A DNA stretch of 59,480 nucleotides, filler included, from 5 parts of 5 records of this genome joined end to end with filler, not necessarily neighbours in it; one strand, 5' to 3'. Positions 1 to 9,875 are shown, counted from the first letter of the whole stretch. Program-made: numbers and translations. Notes: generated by a model from the sequence alone, not told the origin.

Positions 1-1
1 T

Positions 2-721
2 TTTTGGTCAAAAGACGAAATACTCGCTTCGACCTTTTCTAATGGCGGAATTTACTACGGATATTGGGCTCTTTCATTATTAGCTGCTTTTATGACGGCT
101 TTTTATATGGGAAGGCATTGGTTGCTTATATTTCATAAGGAAACAGGAAATGATATTAGTAGTGTACATGAAGCACCAAAAGCAATGATTAGGCCACTTA
201 TAATATTAGGTATATTTTCTGTATTTATTGGATTTATAAATACTCCATTTTTTCATGGACTAGAAAAAGTTCTTGAAGAAACATTACAGTATGTTGACAT
301 AACTCATCTTCCAGAGGGAATTACACTAATCGTTCTAGCTCTAGTTTCTATCGGAGCTGGATTTAGCGGCTTACTATTAGCCTACCTTATTTACATTGTT
401 GATATCTTTTCATATTTCAAGATAAAGATTCCATTTAAAGAAGAAATAAAAGAACTCTCTTCAAATACTCTTTACTTAAACAAATTGGGTGAGATTATAT
501 TCGTTAAAAGTATGAAATCATTTTCAAGAAAAACTGCAGTCATCATTGATGGGCTTATGATTGATGGCGTAGTAAATAATATATCAAGTTTGTTTTACAA
601 CTCATCTCAAAAAATCTCAAGATCTCAAACTGGTCTTGTGAGAAGTTATGTTGTTTATTTTGGTTTATTTATGCTTTTACTAATTGGATTATTTATAGCA
701 ACACCATGGATGCAAAATTGA
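2..721 (+). CDS. nuoL: NADH-quinone oxidoreductase subunit L, 5'-truncated
   Basis: Frame is open from base 2 (FWSKDEIL, the NuoL GFxSKD motif), then TAFYMGR, HEAP and C-terminal QTGLVRSY; lies upstream of nuoM. Confidence 0.93.
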   Translation, partial: FWSKDEILASTFSNGGIYYGYWALSLLAAFMTAFYMGRHWLLIFHKETGNDISSVHEAPKAMIRPLIILGIFSVFIGFINTPFFHGLEKVLEETLQYVDITHLPEGITLIVLALVSIGAGFSGLLLAYLIYIVDIFSYFKIKIPFKEEIKELSSNTLYLNKLGEIIFVKSMKSFSRKTAVIIDGLMIDGVVNNISSLFYNSSQKISRSQTGLVRSYVVYFGLFMLLLIGLFIATPWMQN

Positions 722-2208
722 GTACCCTAATTTACACACTTATCTTATTTCCCCTAATTGGAGCAATGGTAATTTTTTTGATGCCAAAAAATAGATCAGA
801 GCTTTTTCAGCCTTTAGCAATTTTTCTTTCAATTATTCCATTTAGTGTGTGTTTATATTTATTTTCAAATTTAAATAGCAAGTCTTCTTATCAGCAATTT
901 GATTCAATTAATTGGATAAGCTCTTATGGAATAAAAATTAGTTTTGGTTTTTCTGGAATGTCACACCTTTTACTATCTCTTACTTCAGTACTAATTTTGC
1001 TTTCATTCCTATCAGTCACAGATAAACATTCAAGAAGTAAAGGTTTTTTTGGTTCAATACTGGTCCTACATTTTGCAGTAAACGGTGTCTTCCTAAGTGG
1101 AGATTTGCTGTCCTTATTCATATTTTTTGAAGCAATATTAATACCTATGTACTTTTTAATGGGAATTTGGGGTGGAGAAAATAGAAGATATGCCACAATC
1201 AAATTCATTATTTATACAGTTTTTGGTTCTATATTTATTTTCATTGGAACAGTTTACGCTGGAGTAATTAGTTATTCACAAACTGGCACTTTAGCTTTAG
1301 ATTACTTAACCCTAACTAATTTAAGTTTCACTCAGGAACAGTCTAAGGCCTTATTTTTATTGTTTACCTTTGGATTTCTAGTCAAAGTTCCTCTTTTTCC
1401 TTTACACACCTGGCTGCCAGACGCTCACGTTGAAGCTCCAACAGCTGGAAGTATTTTATTAGCAGGAGTGTTGTTAAAAGTGGGTGCATATGGAATATTA
1501 AGAGTATCTATCCCGTTCTTTACGGAGGGATTTTTAGCATATAGAGAAGTAATAGCATTTTTATCGGTAGTTGGAATCATATATGGTGCAATTGTTGCAA
1601 TCGCCCAGATTGACATTAAGAAATTGATAGCTTACTCTTCAATAAGCCATATGGGATTTGTAATGTTGGGAATATCTGCAAGTACCCTCTTAAGCCTGGA
1701 AGGTGCAATTATTCAAATGGTTAATCACGGTATAACATCAGGAGCACTGTTCATGCTTGTAGGTTTTATTTATGAAAGACGCCATACAAGAAGAATCTCA
1801 GATTTTGGGGGATTGAAAATTACTATGCCTAAATACGCAGCAATTTTCTTATTTACATCCTTTGCATCTATAGGACTTCCTGGATTAAACGGTTTTGTTG
1901 GAGAGTTTATGATTCTTATGGGAGGTTTTAATACTTACAAATTATTAACAGCTATAGCGGCATTTGGGGTAGTATTGGCAGCTATTTATATGCTGTGGGC
2001 ATATCAAAGAATGTTTACAGGTGAAATTCAATATGAACAAAATCAAAACCTACATGATCTAGATACCAGGGAATTATTCTCCGTTATCCCGTTACTAGTT
2101 TTAATGCTACTAATAGGTATCTATCCTTCTTTTATAGAAAGTTATGTTTTGAATGATGCAAAATTTATTACAGATATAGTTGAATTATTTACTGGAGGTT
2201 TAGATTGA
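706..2208 (+). CDS. nuoM: NADH-quinone oxidoreductase subunit M (start may be TTG 718)
   Basis: KVPLFPLHTWLPDAHVEAPTAGS, LIAYSSISHMG, GLPGLNGFVGE motifs. Confidence 0.96.
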   Translation: MDAKLSTLIYTLILFPLIGAMVIFLMPKNRSELFQPLAIFLSIIPFSVCLYLFSNLNSKSSYQQFDSINWISSYGIKISFGFSGMSHLLLSLTSVLILLSFLSVTDKHSRSKGFFGSILVLHFAVNGVFLSGDLLSLFIFFEAILIPMYFLMGIWGGENRRYATIKFIIYTVFGSIFIFIGTVYAGVISYSQTGTLALDYLTLTNLSFTQEQSKALFLLFTFGFLVKVPLFPLHTWLPDAHVEAPTAGSILLAGVLLKVGAYGILRVSIPFFTEGFLAYREVIAFLSVVGIIYGAIVAIAQIDIKKLIAYSSISHMGFVMLGISASTLLSLEGAIIQMVNHGITSGALFMLVGFIYERRHTRRISDFGGLKITMPKYAAIFLFTSFASIGLPGLNGFVGEFMILMGGFNTYKLLTAIAAFGVVLAAIYMLWAYQRMFTGEIQYEQNQNLHDLDTRELFSVIPLLVLMLLIGIYPSFIESYVLNDAKFITDIVELFTGGLD

Positions 2209-3677
2209 ACACTGTTTCTCAAATTATTGGCCTTAACTGGATAGTTATTGGACCAACTTTAGCTTTGGTCGCAACAGCGCTTGTTCTATTATTTTGTACT
2301 ATAACTATTACCACATCTGATGCAGTGAAAAAATTAGTCACCATTAGTGGAATAATTTTTACATTATTTACTGTGTTTTTAAAGTTTGGATTATTTTTGA
2401 CAGAAGGTGCTTCTTCTTACTTTTCTGAAAAGATATTACTGGACGAGTTTTCTCTCTTCGGAAATGTTTTACTTGGCTTTATTCTCTTGTTTAATTTTTA
2501 TCCTATTTGGAATTCTTCTTTTGAACTAAAGGATAAGACAACGGAAGCAATCATCCTAACTCTTATGAGCACCGCAGGATTTATGCTTATGGTTGATTCC
2601 GAAAACTTTATGATGCTTTTTATTGGTTTAGAAATTGGATCGATAAGTCTATATGCCTTAGCTGGAATTAATAAAGGTAGTCTATTAAGTAATGAAGCCT
2701 CTCTAAAATATTTCCTCCTAGGATCTTTAGCCTCTTGTGTTTTGGTTTATGGAATCTCGCTAATGTATGTTTCGCTTTCAGTTACGGGCGTATATGAAAC
2801 AACTATCGCAATTTCTTTTATTGGAAGTGAAAATGTTCCTCTAGCTACCCTTATTGGGATTTTGTTATTGATAATTGGCTTGTTATTTAAAGTAGCAGCA
2901 GCACCATTTCAATCATGGGCACCTGATGTTTACCAGGGATCACCTACAGGTTACGTTGGGTATATGGCTGCTACTGCAAAGGTTGCCTCATTCGTAGTTC
3001 TTGCAAGGCTTTGTATAGTTTCACTGGGATTTGTTATGGATAAATTTGAACTCTTTTTCTCCGCTATAGTAATTCTTTCAATATTAATAGGATCTCTTTT
3101 TGCAACTGTTCAAACAGATATGAAAAGATTAATTGCATATAGTGGAGTGGTTCAATCAGGATTTATCTTATCTGGAATGACTTCAGGAATTAATGGCACC
3201 AGCGCATCACTATTTTATCTTGCAGCATACATACTTCAATTAATTGGAATTTTTCTTATATTCTCAACAATCTCTGGTGAGCTTACATCAGATTTTTCAA
3301 TGAACAATTTATCAGGACTTTTTATTGAGAATAAATTTTTAAGTATATGTTTTAGTATATTCATGCTTGGCCTTGCGGGACTTCCTCTCACAAGTGGATT
3401 CGTTTCAAAATTTATACTCATTACTAACCTTTGGTCTTATGAGAAATATATTTTAGTTTTTGCTTTGATGCTTTCTACCGTCGCTGGTTTTTACTTTTAT
3501 TTAAAACCAATATGGATTGCTGCAATTGACAAGCCTGAAAATACTATGGCAAAAATATCTCTTCAATTAAATGAAAAAATATCTATTGGAACTCTTGCTG
3601 CTGTAACAATTCTTTTGGGAGTATTTCCAAATGTTCTGATTAATATTTCTCGCTGGGTTATAGAAAACTATCTGTAA
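2205..3677 (+). CDS. nuoN: NADH-quinone oxidoreductase subunit N
   Basis: EASLKYFLLG, FKVAAAPFQSWAPDVYQGSPT, KRLIAYS motifs. Confidence 0.95.
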   Translation: MNTVSQIIGLNWIVIGPTLALVATALVLLFCTITITTSDAVKKLVTISGIIFTLFTVFLKFGLFLTEGASSYFSEKILLDEFSLFGNVLLGFILLFNFYPIWNSSFELKDKTTEAIILTLMSTAGFMLMVDSENFMMLFIGLEIGSISLYALAGINKGSLLSNEASLKYFLLGSLASCVLVYGISLMYVSLSVTGVYETTIAISFIGSENVPLATLIGILLLIIGLLFKVAAAPFQSWAPDVYQGSPTGYVGYMAATAKVASFVVLARLCIVSLGFVMDKFELFFSAIVILSILIGSLFATVQTDMKRLIAYSGVVQSGFILSGMTSGINGTSASLFYLAAYILQLIGIFLIFSTISGELTSDFSMNNLSGLFIENKFLSICFSIFMLGLAGLPLTSGFVSKFILITNLWSYEKYILVFALMLSTVAGFYFYLKPIWIAAIDKPENTMAKISLQLNEKISIGTLAAVTILLGVFPNVLINISRWVIENYL

Positions 3678-3823
3678 TGTTAATCAAGCTTATACCTCCA
3701 CCTACTTTTCAACATCAAGGAGGTTGGGACGAAATTCTTTTTTTCTTAGTACCAGCTCTACTTTTAACCTGGTTAAGAAATAAACAAAAGAATAAAAATT
3801 TAGATGAACAACTTAACGATTAG
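3677..3823 (+). CDS. 48-aa single-TM small protein MLIKLIPPPTFQHQGGWDEILFFLVPALLLTWLRNKQKNKNLDEQLND
   Basis: Translated by hand (too short for the ORF track); ATG overlaps the nuoN stop (TAATG); hydrophobic stretch followed by a basic tail. Confidence 0.7.
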   Translation: MLIKLIPPPTFQHQGGWDEILFFLVPALLLTWLRNKQKNKNLDEQLND

Positions 3824-3883
3824 TTATTTACACAACACAAAAATGGCTAATGAATAACTTGCCACATTGTATAGAATAATCTC

Positions 3884-4597
3884 ATGATAGAAATTCATAA
3901 TCTCACTATGAAATACAAGAATGGAAAAGGTGTTGGAGATATTAGTATCTCTGTTGATAATGGCGAGGTTAAAGGGCTTCTTGGTCCTAATGGGGCTGGA
4001 AAATCTACAACAATGAGAAGTCTTATGGGATTTCTAATTCCTTCTGAAGGCACACTTTCAGTAGAGGGGATTAATACAATTGAAAACCCCGTTGAGGCAA
4101 AAAAAATAATAGGATATTTACCAGGAGATCCTCAACTTCCACAAAACTTAAATTCTAAGTCACTATTTAAACTTGGTGCAGACATGAGAGGTCATTCAAC
4201 CGATTATGCAATGGAACTAGCAGATAAATTTGAATTAGAAGTTGACCAAACACTTAAAGAGCTATCTAAAGGCAATAGACAAAAAGTTGCTTTGATACTT
4301 GCAGTACTGCATAAGCCAAAGGCTTTAATTTTAGATGAGCCAACTTCAGGTCTAGACCCCTTTCATCAAAGAACTTTTTTTGAAATTATAAAAGAATTTG
4401 CAAACAATGGTTCTGCAATACTTTTATCATCGCATATTATTTCTGAGGTTGAAAAAGTTGCAGACTCAATGGCTGTTTTAAGAGAAGGTGCAAAAGTATA
4501 TGATGAAACTTATGAAACTTTTTCAAGTAAGGCTGGCGAACTAGGTGAAGACTTAGAAGATGCCTTTTTTAAATTTTATGATAGGAGGGAAGAATAA
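3884..4597 (+). CDS. ABC transporter ATP-binding protein (ABC-2/drug exporter type)
   Basis: Walker A GPNGAGKST, signature LSKGNRQK, Walker B ILDEPTSGLD, SSH. Confidence 0.92.
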   Translation: MIEIHNLTMKYKNGKGVGDISISVDNGEVKGLLGPNGAGKSTTMRSLMGFLIPSEGTLSVEGINTIENPVEAKKIIGYLPGDPQLPQNLNSKSLFKLGADMRGHSTDYAMELADKFELEVDQTLKELSKGNRQKVALILAVLHKPKALILDEPTSGLDPFHQRTFFEIIKEFANNGSAILLSSHIISEVEKVADSMAVLREGAKVYDETYETFSSKAGELGEDLEDAFFKFYDRREE

Positions 4598-5421
4598 TGT
4601 TTAATTATTTGAAATACATGGTGACTGTCCCAAGAAAATTTATTTTAACCTGGACAATTTCTGGTGGGATATATTTACTAATTCTTCCACTAGCTTTTGC
4701 AAATTCAAGTGTAGAGAGTTTACTAATTGACACTCAAAGAGAAGCTTTTAGAGGTATGTCTGAAAATGAAACAATGATGAATTTATTAGGAATTTCTGAT
4801 TGGGACAATGTTTTTACATTAGAAGGTATGGTTACAACTTATGTAATGATTCCTTTCGTACCAATATTAATTGGTATAGCCACAATAATTCTTTTAAATA
4901 AATTGGGTTCAAAAGCTGAGGAAGATGGTACTTTTGAATTTGTTGCAGCATTACCAATGACACGAACAATTGTATATTTGACCCAATCAGTAGTAGCTGT
5001 GTTTTTTGGTTTGTTTGTAAGCTTTGCGTGGACAAATATAATGTTTATTCCAATTGCAACTATGGAGTTAAGCCAGACTCTTGATTACATACCTTTGATG
5101 AAAGCAACCCTGCAGGGAGCTTTAGCTGGTGTTAGCTTTGGCGTTTTAGGTTTTGCCCTTGGAGCATATACAGGTAAATCCTCAATGGCATGGGCCTTTG
5201 GAGGTGGATTAATGGCAATTGAATATTTATCAAATTCATTAAAAGGTACCAACGACTTCTTTTTATGGATTGATGACAATATCTCTTCTATCGGTGCCTA
5301 TGGCAATCCCTATCAAGACGGTTTAATCGCTGGAGATTTATTTCTTGTAATAGTAAAAATCGTATTATTTTTAGCTATTGGTTTTATAGGATTCAAAAAT
5401 AGATCACTAAATCTAAGATAA
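4597..5421 (+). CDS. ABC-2 type permease
   Basis: About 6 TM segments, EEDGTFEFVAALPMTR motif, coupled to the ATPase by TAATG overlap. Confidence 0.8.
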   Translation: MFNYLKYMVTVPRKFILTWTISGGIYLLILPLAFANSSVESLLIDTQREAFRGMSENETMMNLLGISDWDNVFTLEGMVTTYVMIPFVPILIGIATIILLNKLGSKAEEDGTFEFVAALPMTRTIVYLTQSVVAVFFGLFVSFAWTNIMFIPIATMELSQTLDYIPLMKATLQGALAGVSFGVLGFALGAYTGKSSMAWAFGGGLMAIEYLSNSLKGTNDFFLWIDDNISSIGAYGNPYQDGLIAGDLFLVIVKIVLFLAIGFIGFKNRSLNLR

Positions 5422-5462
5422 ATTAACTTAATACAACTTCAGTAATCGCTTACAATTAGTTA

Positions 5463-5891
5463 ATGCCAACATATTCAAAAACAATAACCGTTAAAGAAGA
5501 TATTAAAACATGCTTTGACTTTGTTGCAGACTTTAGAAATTTAAATAAGTGGAATCCTTATGATGAGGCTGAGCTTATTACTAAAGAGCCTTTGCGTGAA
5601 GGAAGTATGTTTAAGGTTAATACTGAATTCAACAATAGAAAAATGTTGCTTAAATATGAAGTTATTGAATGGGGCGAACCGTTAAGGGCATCACTAAAAA
5701 CAGAAACCAAAGGGTTTGACATAATTGATACACTTTTTTTCTCAGCAACTTCAAAAGGTACTGAAATTACTTATTCAGTAAATATCAAGTACAAAGGATT
5801 GTATATGATTCTTGGGCTATTTTTAGGTGGAGTATTTAACAAGCTAATGGAGAATATATATAACCTTGAAGAAATTCTTGGCAAGCCGTAA
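5463..5891 (+). CDS. SRPBCC (START/polyketide cyclase) family protein
   Basis: FDFVADFRNLNKWNP N-terminal pattern, GTEITY, 142 aa. Confidence 0.75.
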   Translation: MPTYSKTITVKEDIKTCFDFVADFRNLNKWNPYDEAELITKEPLREGSMFKVNTEFNNRKMLLKYEVIEWGEPLRASLKTETKGFDIIDTLFFSATSKGTEITYSVNIKYKGLYMILGLFLGGVFNKLMENIYNLEEILGKP

Positions 5892-6411
5892 GTTAATATG
5901 GATTTGCATGACTCTCCTGTTGATTGTGGGTTGTCAGAGCAAAGAGGTGTCTCTAGTGTCTGCTTCAGGTGACGAGTTTCCAACAATACAAGGGAGAAAT
6001 CTCAACAAGGTCAACAAATCTGTTCCTGAGGACTTTGTAGACAAAGATTTAATTGTAATTGTTGCATTTCAGCAATGGCACCAGCCTTTAGTAGATGAAT
6101 CAATATCTTTATTAGAAAACAATGGATTTGGTGATACACACAATATTATCGAAGTCCCAACTGTACAAAAGAGTTCTAAATTATTTGAAGTCTATTTAGA
6201 TGGAATCATGCGAGCAGGAATCAGAGACGACAGAATAAGAGACAGAACAATTACTGCTTACGTTGACCTAGATCAGTTTTTAAATAATTTAGATATACCC
6301 TCTAATGAAAAAATATATTGGTTTTTGATTGAAAAAGATACCAAAAATATTCTCACTCGTGGATATGGAATTATTGCAGAAGAAGATTTAAATTTAATAA
6401 ATTCTTTTTAA
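5866..6411 (+). CDS. Putative lipoprotein, thioredoxin-like/ATP10-like fold (start uncertain)
   Basis: Lipobox LIVGC; FPTIQGRNL..VPEDF..IVAFQQWHQ pattern recalled from ATP10-like proteins. Confidence 0.5.
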   Translation: MKKFLASRKLIWICMTLLLIVGCQSKEVSLVSASGDEFPTIQGRNLNKVNKSVPEDFVDKDLIVIVAFQQWHQPLVDESISLLENNGFGDTHNIIEVPTVQKSSKLFEVYLDGIMRAGIRDDRIRDRTITAYVDLDQFLNNLDIPSNEKIYWFLIEKDTKNILTRGYGIIAEEDLNLINSF

Positions 6412-6788
6412 ATGTATATTGTTGCAAGGTACACAACAACTAAAGCAAGTAATAACATTATTCCATTGAAAGCGCCTCTTACTGCCGCGCTAAGCTTTGT
6501 TGCATAGCTATGTAAAGCAATCACAATACCAGCTAATCCTAGAACCGATACTTCGATATACCAGTTAGAAGTAGTACTTTCATTTAAAAAGTAAAGCGTT
6601 ATTCCAGTTAATAAGGCTAAAAAGTAAGATACCCAAGAGACAGAACTAAAGTATCCTCTCAAAGCATCTGTAGTTTTTTTTGTAGGATCAATTTTATAAA
6701 GTTGTGGTGCAAAAACTGCCCAAAGAACCATTGATCCAAGCCAAATCGCTAGGCCCAATATATGCAAAAAATGTAGTACGTTTAACAT
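6408..6788 (-). CDS. Small 4-TM membrane protein (CopD-like N-terminus)
   Basis: LHFLHILGLAIWLGS start, four hydrophobic helices. Confidence 0.6.
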   Translation of the reverse strand: MLNVLHFLHILGLAIWLGSMVLWAVFAPQLYKIDPTKKTTDALRGYFSSVSWVSYFLALLTGITLYFLNESTTSNWYIEVSVLGLAGIVIALHSYATKLSAAVRGAFNGIMLLLALVVVYLATIYI

Positions 6789-6841
6789 ATTTCAATGATA
6801 CAAAAGTAAAAAAGATATATATATTTGACTAATATTAAAAT

Positions 6842-7444
6842 ATGGCAAAATTTTATTTTTATTACGCAGCAATGAATGCTGGTAAAAGTACCAATCTTCT
6901 CCAATCAGCACACAACTACGAGGAACGATATATGAAAACACTTATCTTCACACCAAAACTTGATGATAGGTATGGTGTTGGCAAAGTTGCTTCAAGGATT
7001 GGTTTAGATAGAGAGGCTGAAATTTTTGAAGGAGAAGATGATCTTTATGTATGGACTGCGCATGAGAATCAAAGAGAGAAGTTGTCTTGTGTCCTAGTTG
7101 ACGAAGCACAATTTCTTACACCAAAACAAGTACTCCAATTAACTTTGATTGTAGACAAACTAAAAATACCAGTATTGTGTTATGGTCTGAGAACAGATTT
7201 TAGAGGAGAGCCATTTCCAGGAAGTATCTATTTAATGGCCTGGGCTGACGAGCTTGTAGAGTTAAAAACTATTTGTAAATCAGGTAAGAAAGCAACATTT
7301 AATGCAAGGTTAGACGAAGATGGGAATAGGGTTACTGAAGGAGATCAAGTTTCTATAGGTTTGAATTATGAAGCCCAAGCAAGAGATATTTTTGAATTAG
7401 ATAAAGTTTCGCCTATTGACTATCAAATACCAGAAGCTAATTAA
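6842..7444 (+). CDS. tdk: Thymidine kinase (TK1 family)
   Basis: AMNAGKST P-loop, [16 protein letters not shown] motifs. Confidence 0.95.
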   Translation: MAKFYFYYAAMNAGKSTNLLQSAHNYEERYMKTLIFTPKLDDRYGVGKVASRIGLDREAEIFEGEDDLYVWTAHENQREKLSCVLVDEAQFLTPKQVLQLTLIVDKLKIPVLCYGLRTDFRGEPFPGSIYLMAWADELVELKTICKSGKKATFNARLDEDGNRVTEGDQVSIGLNYEAQARDIFELDKVSPIDYQIPEAN

Positions 7445-7923
7445 TTAGAATTTTGAAGAGGCGGTTCGGGCCTTGTAGCCAACCAAGTACAGAGTATTAA
7501 ACCGAATAATCCAAAAATCAAATCTCCAACCAGTGAGAATGCTATAAAAATTGTGAGTGCAAAGGTTGGGACAATAGTCAATATCGCAACTTTTTTTGCC
7601 CTTCTTGATAAGCCTCTATACTGTTGCCAATTTAAAATCATAGGACCAAAAAGCTTGTGATTTTCAAGCCATAGTGTAAATCTTGTAGAACATTTAGAGA
7701 AAGCCCAAGCTGATATAAGTATGAAGACAGTTGTAGGTAAACCAGGAACTACTATTCCAACATAACCAAGAGATAATGACAATACTCCTATTGCAAAGAA
7801 AACTGGCTTATGTATCTTTAAAAATAATTTTGGAAAAAATTTGTAGATTATTACAAAAAATAAAATACCTACCCCAATATAAGTAAAAGTTTCATAAGGT
7901 ACATTACTTATTAAATTCTCCAT
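7441..7923 (-). CDS. YbaN (DUF454) family membrane protein
   Basis: [35 protein letters not shown] signature. Confidence 0.85.
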   Translation of the reverse strand: MENLISNVPYETFTYIGVGILFFVIIYKFFPKLFLKIHKPVFFAIGVLSLSLGYVGIVVPGLPTTVFILISAWAFSKCSTRFTLWLENHKLFGPMILNWQQYRGLSRRAKKVAILTIVPTFALTIFIAFSLVGDLIFGLFGLILCTWLATRPEPPLQNSN

Positions 7924-7958
7924 GATTACATTATAATTTTAGTGTAATTAATCATAAA

Positions 7959-8636
7959 TCAATTGACGAAGACTCTTTCAGCAATATATTGATCTAAGCC
8001 AAAAAATTTCTTATGTTCAGTGCTCACAGTAATCGAAAATTTATTACTATCTGCAATACTAATTCTTGAACCAGGAATTATTTTATTTTCCTGAAGAAAA
8101 CTTATCATAGAAGAATCTCTTTTTAGTTCTTCAGTAATTTTATTAATATTGTAAATTTTATCTTTTTCTACATCAAGCAAGTTAAGTATTTTTGTTTTTT
8201 TATACTCTGAATAAGGTATTGGATTTCCAAATAATCCAGTAGTGGGATTTCCAAGTAATGAAAGCATAGCCTTTTCAGTTGTAGGGCTTAAAATATTTTC
8301 CCATTTAGCTGCTTCTTCATAAACTTTTTCCCAAGGAAGTCCCAAAATTTCTGAAAGAAATCTTTCAACTATACGATGTCTTCGAGCAACAGTTTTTGCT
8401 AGATGTAAACCTTTATCAGTAAGCTCAAGATTATCTTGAAATTTTATTAGACCACTGTTTTGCATTCTTCCGGTTATTTGAGAAACATTAGCCCGGCTTA
8501 CATCAAGCCACTCCGCAACCCTAGTTTGTTTCACATTAATACCTACTTCATTTAGATGAAATATTGCAACAGCTTGAGTGTAAAAAGACGAAGGAAGTTT
8601 TTCCATTTCTTCATGTGAAAGTAGTTCTTTAGCCAT
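7959..8636 (-). CDS. DtxR/IdeR family regulator (wHTH + dimerisation + FeoA-like domain), degenerate metal ligands
   Basis: LTDKG, RRHRIVERFL, FGNPIP motifs and C-terminal IIPGSRI. Confidence 0.9.
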   Translation of the reverse strand: MAKELLSHEEMEKLPSSFYTQAVAIFHLNEVGINVKQTRVAEWLDVSRANVSQITGRMQNSGLIKFQDNLELTDKGLHLAKTVARRHRIVERFLSEILGLPWEKVYEEAAKWENILSPTTEKAMLSLLGNPTTGLFGNPIPYSEYKKTKILNLLDVEKDKIYNINKITEELKRDSSMISFLQENKIIPGSRISIADSNKFSITVSTEHKKFFGLDQYIAERVFVN

Positions 8637-8645
8637 ATTAAATAT

Positions 8646-8665
8646 ATGTTAACAATTATTAACAT
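8646..8665. promoter_or_regulatory. Palindrome ATGTTAA-N6-TTAACAT, copy 1, just upstream of the DtxR-like gene
   Basis: ATGTTAA CAATTA TTAACAT read directly; same arms as copy 2. Confidence 0.7.
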
Positions 8666-8780
8666 TTTGAGAAAGTAAAGGGTAAATATTTAATTTCTTC
8701 ATAATGACAGACTTATAAATAACACAACAAGAAATAATCATTTTAGTAAAAACTAAAAAAATTACTTTTTGTATATTTAA

Positions 8781-8800
8781 ATGTTAAGTATAATTAACAT
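8781..8800. promoter_or_regulatory. Palindrome ATGTTAA-N6-TTAACAT, copy 2, overlapping a TATAAT -10 box upstream of the iron ABC operon
   Basis: ATGTTAA GTATAA TTAACAT; TATAAT at 8789-8794. Confidence 0.7.
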
Positions 8801-8831
8801 AAATAAAGAAATTTAAACAAAAAAGGAAATT

Positions 8832-9875
8832 ATGTTTAAAAAATCTAGTGCACTTTTTTTATTTACATTTTTGATATTTTCAGCATGTAACCAGAATACA
8901 GCAGAAGATGTTCATGATGAGATAGTTGATAAGGTTAATGAAGAATCAGCAGCTTCCTTAGTTATATACAGTGGAAGACAAGAAAGTTTAGTTTCTGAAT
9001 TAATAAACAGTTTTTCAGCTGAAACAGGTGTTGTAGTTGAAGTGAGATATGCGAAAAGTTCTTCTTTAGCTGGAACCTTATCACTTGAGGGAGCAATGAG
9101 TCCAGCAGATGTATTCTTATCACAAGATCCTCTAAGTCTAAGTATTGTTGCTAACGAAGACCTATTTGAGATTTTGCCTCAAAATATATTAAAAAATATC
9201 CCTGCTTGGGCTGTTGACCCAAATGGCTACTGGGTTGGTATTTCAGGTAGATCTCGCGCTCTCGTTGTAGACAAAAGAGATGTTTCTGATGCCGAACTAC
9301 CTGAAGAAATATATGGTTTAAATAGTGAAATTTTTAGGGGAAGGCTTGGTTTGGCACCAACCAATTCCTCATTCATTGCGATGGTTTCATGTATGCTGTC
9401 TCAGGACGGAGAGGAAAAAGTTTTTGAGTGGTTAACTGGTATCAATAGTCTTGAATATACAGAATATCCAAAGAACTCTCCGCAGGTTGCAGCGGCAGCT
9501 GCAGGTGAGTTAGATATTGGAATGATCAATCATTACTACACATTAAGAACAATTGCGGAAGCGGGAGATATCCCTATCAAAAATGTATTCCTCAAAAGAG
9601 GTTGTGGAGCAATGGTCATGCCTTCTGGAGTAGGGATTCTCTCTTCAAGTAAAAATAAAGTTGCCGCTATTTCATTTGTTGAATATTTACATTCCAAGAG
9701 TGCACAAGAGCATTTTACCAATAGCGTATTCGAGTTCCCACTTGTTACAGGCATAACTCCAAATGTACTACTACCAGATACGGATAGCTTGAATTCATCC
9801 CAAGATTTAGACTGGTCTGCTTTAGTTTCATGGCAAGACAAAGCTGTAGAACTAATCGCTAAAGCAGGTTTTTGA
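8832..9875 (+). CDS. Fe(III) ABC transporter substrate-binding lipoprotein (FutA/FbpA/SfuA-like)
   Basis: Lipobox FSAC; IYSGR, SPADVF, GMINHYY with tandem Tyr iron ligands, EFPL. Confidence 0.88.
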   Translation: MFKKSSALFLFTFLIFSACNQNTAEDVHDEIVDKVNEESAASLVIYSGRQESLVSELINSFSAETGVVVEVRYAKSSSLAGTLSLEGAMSPADVFLSQDPLSLSIVANEDLFEILPQNILKNIPAWAVDPNGYWVGISGRSRALVVDKRDVSDAELPEEIYGLNSEIFRGRLGLAPTNSSFIAMVSCMLSQDGEEKVFEWLTGINSLEYTEYPKNSPQVAAAAAGELDIGMINHYYTLRTIAEAGDIPIKNVFLKRGCGAMVMPSGVGILSSSKNKVAAISFVEYLHSKSAQEHFTNSVFEFPLVTGITPNVLLPDTDSLNSSQDLDWSALVSWQDKAVELIAKAGF

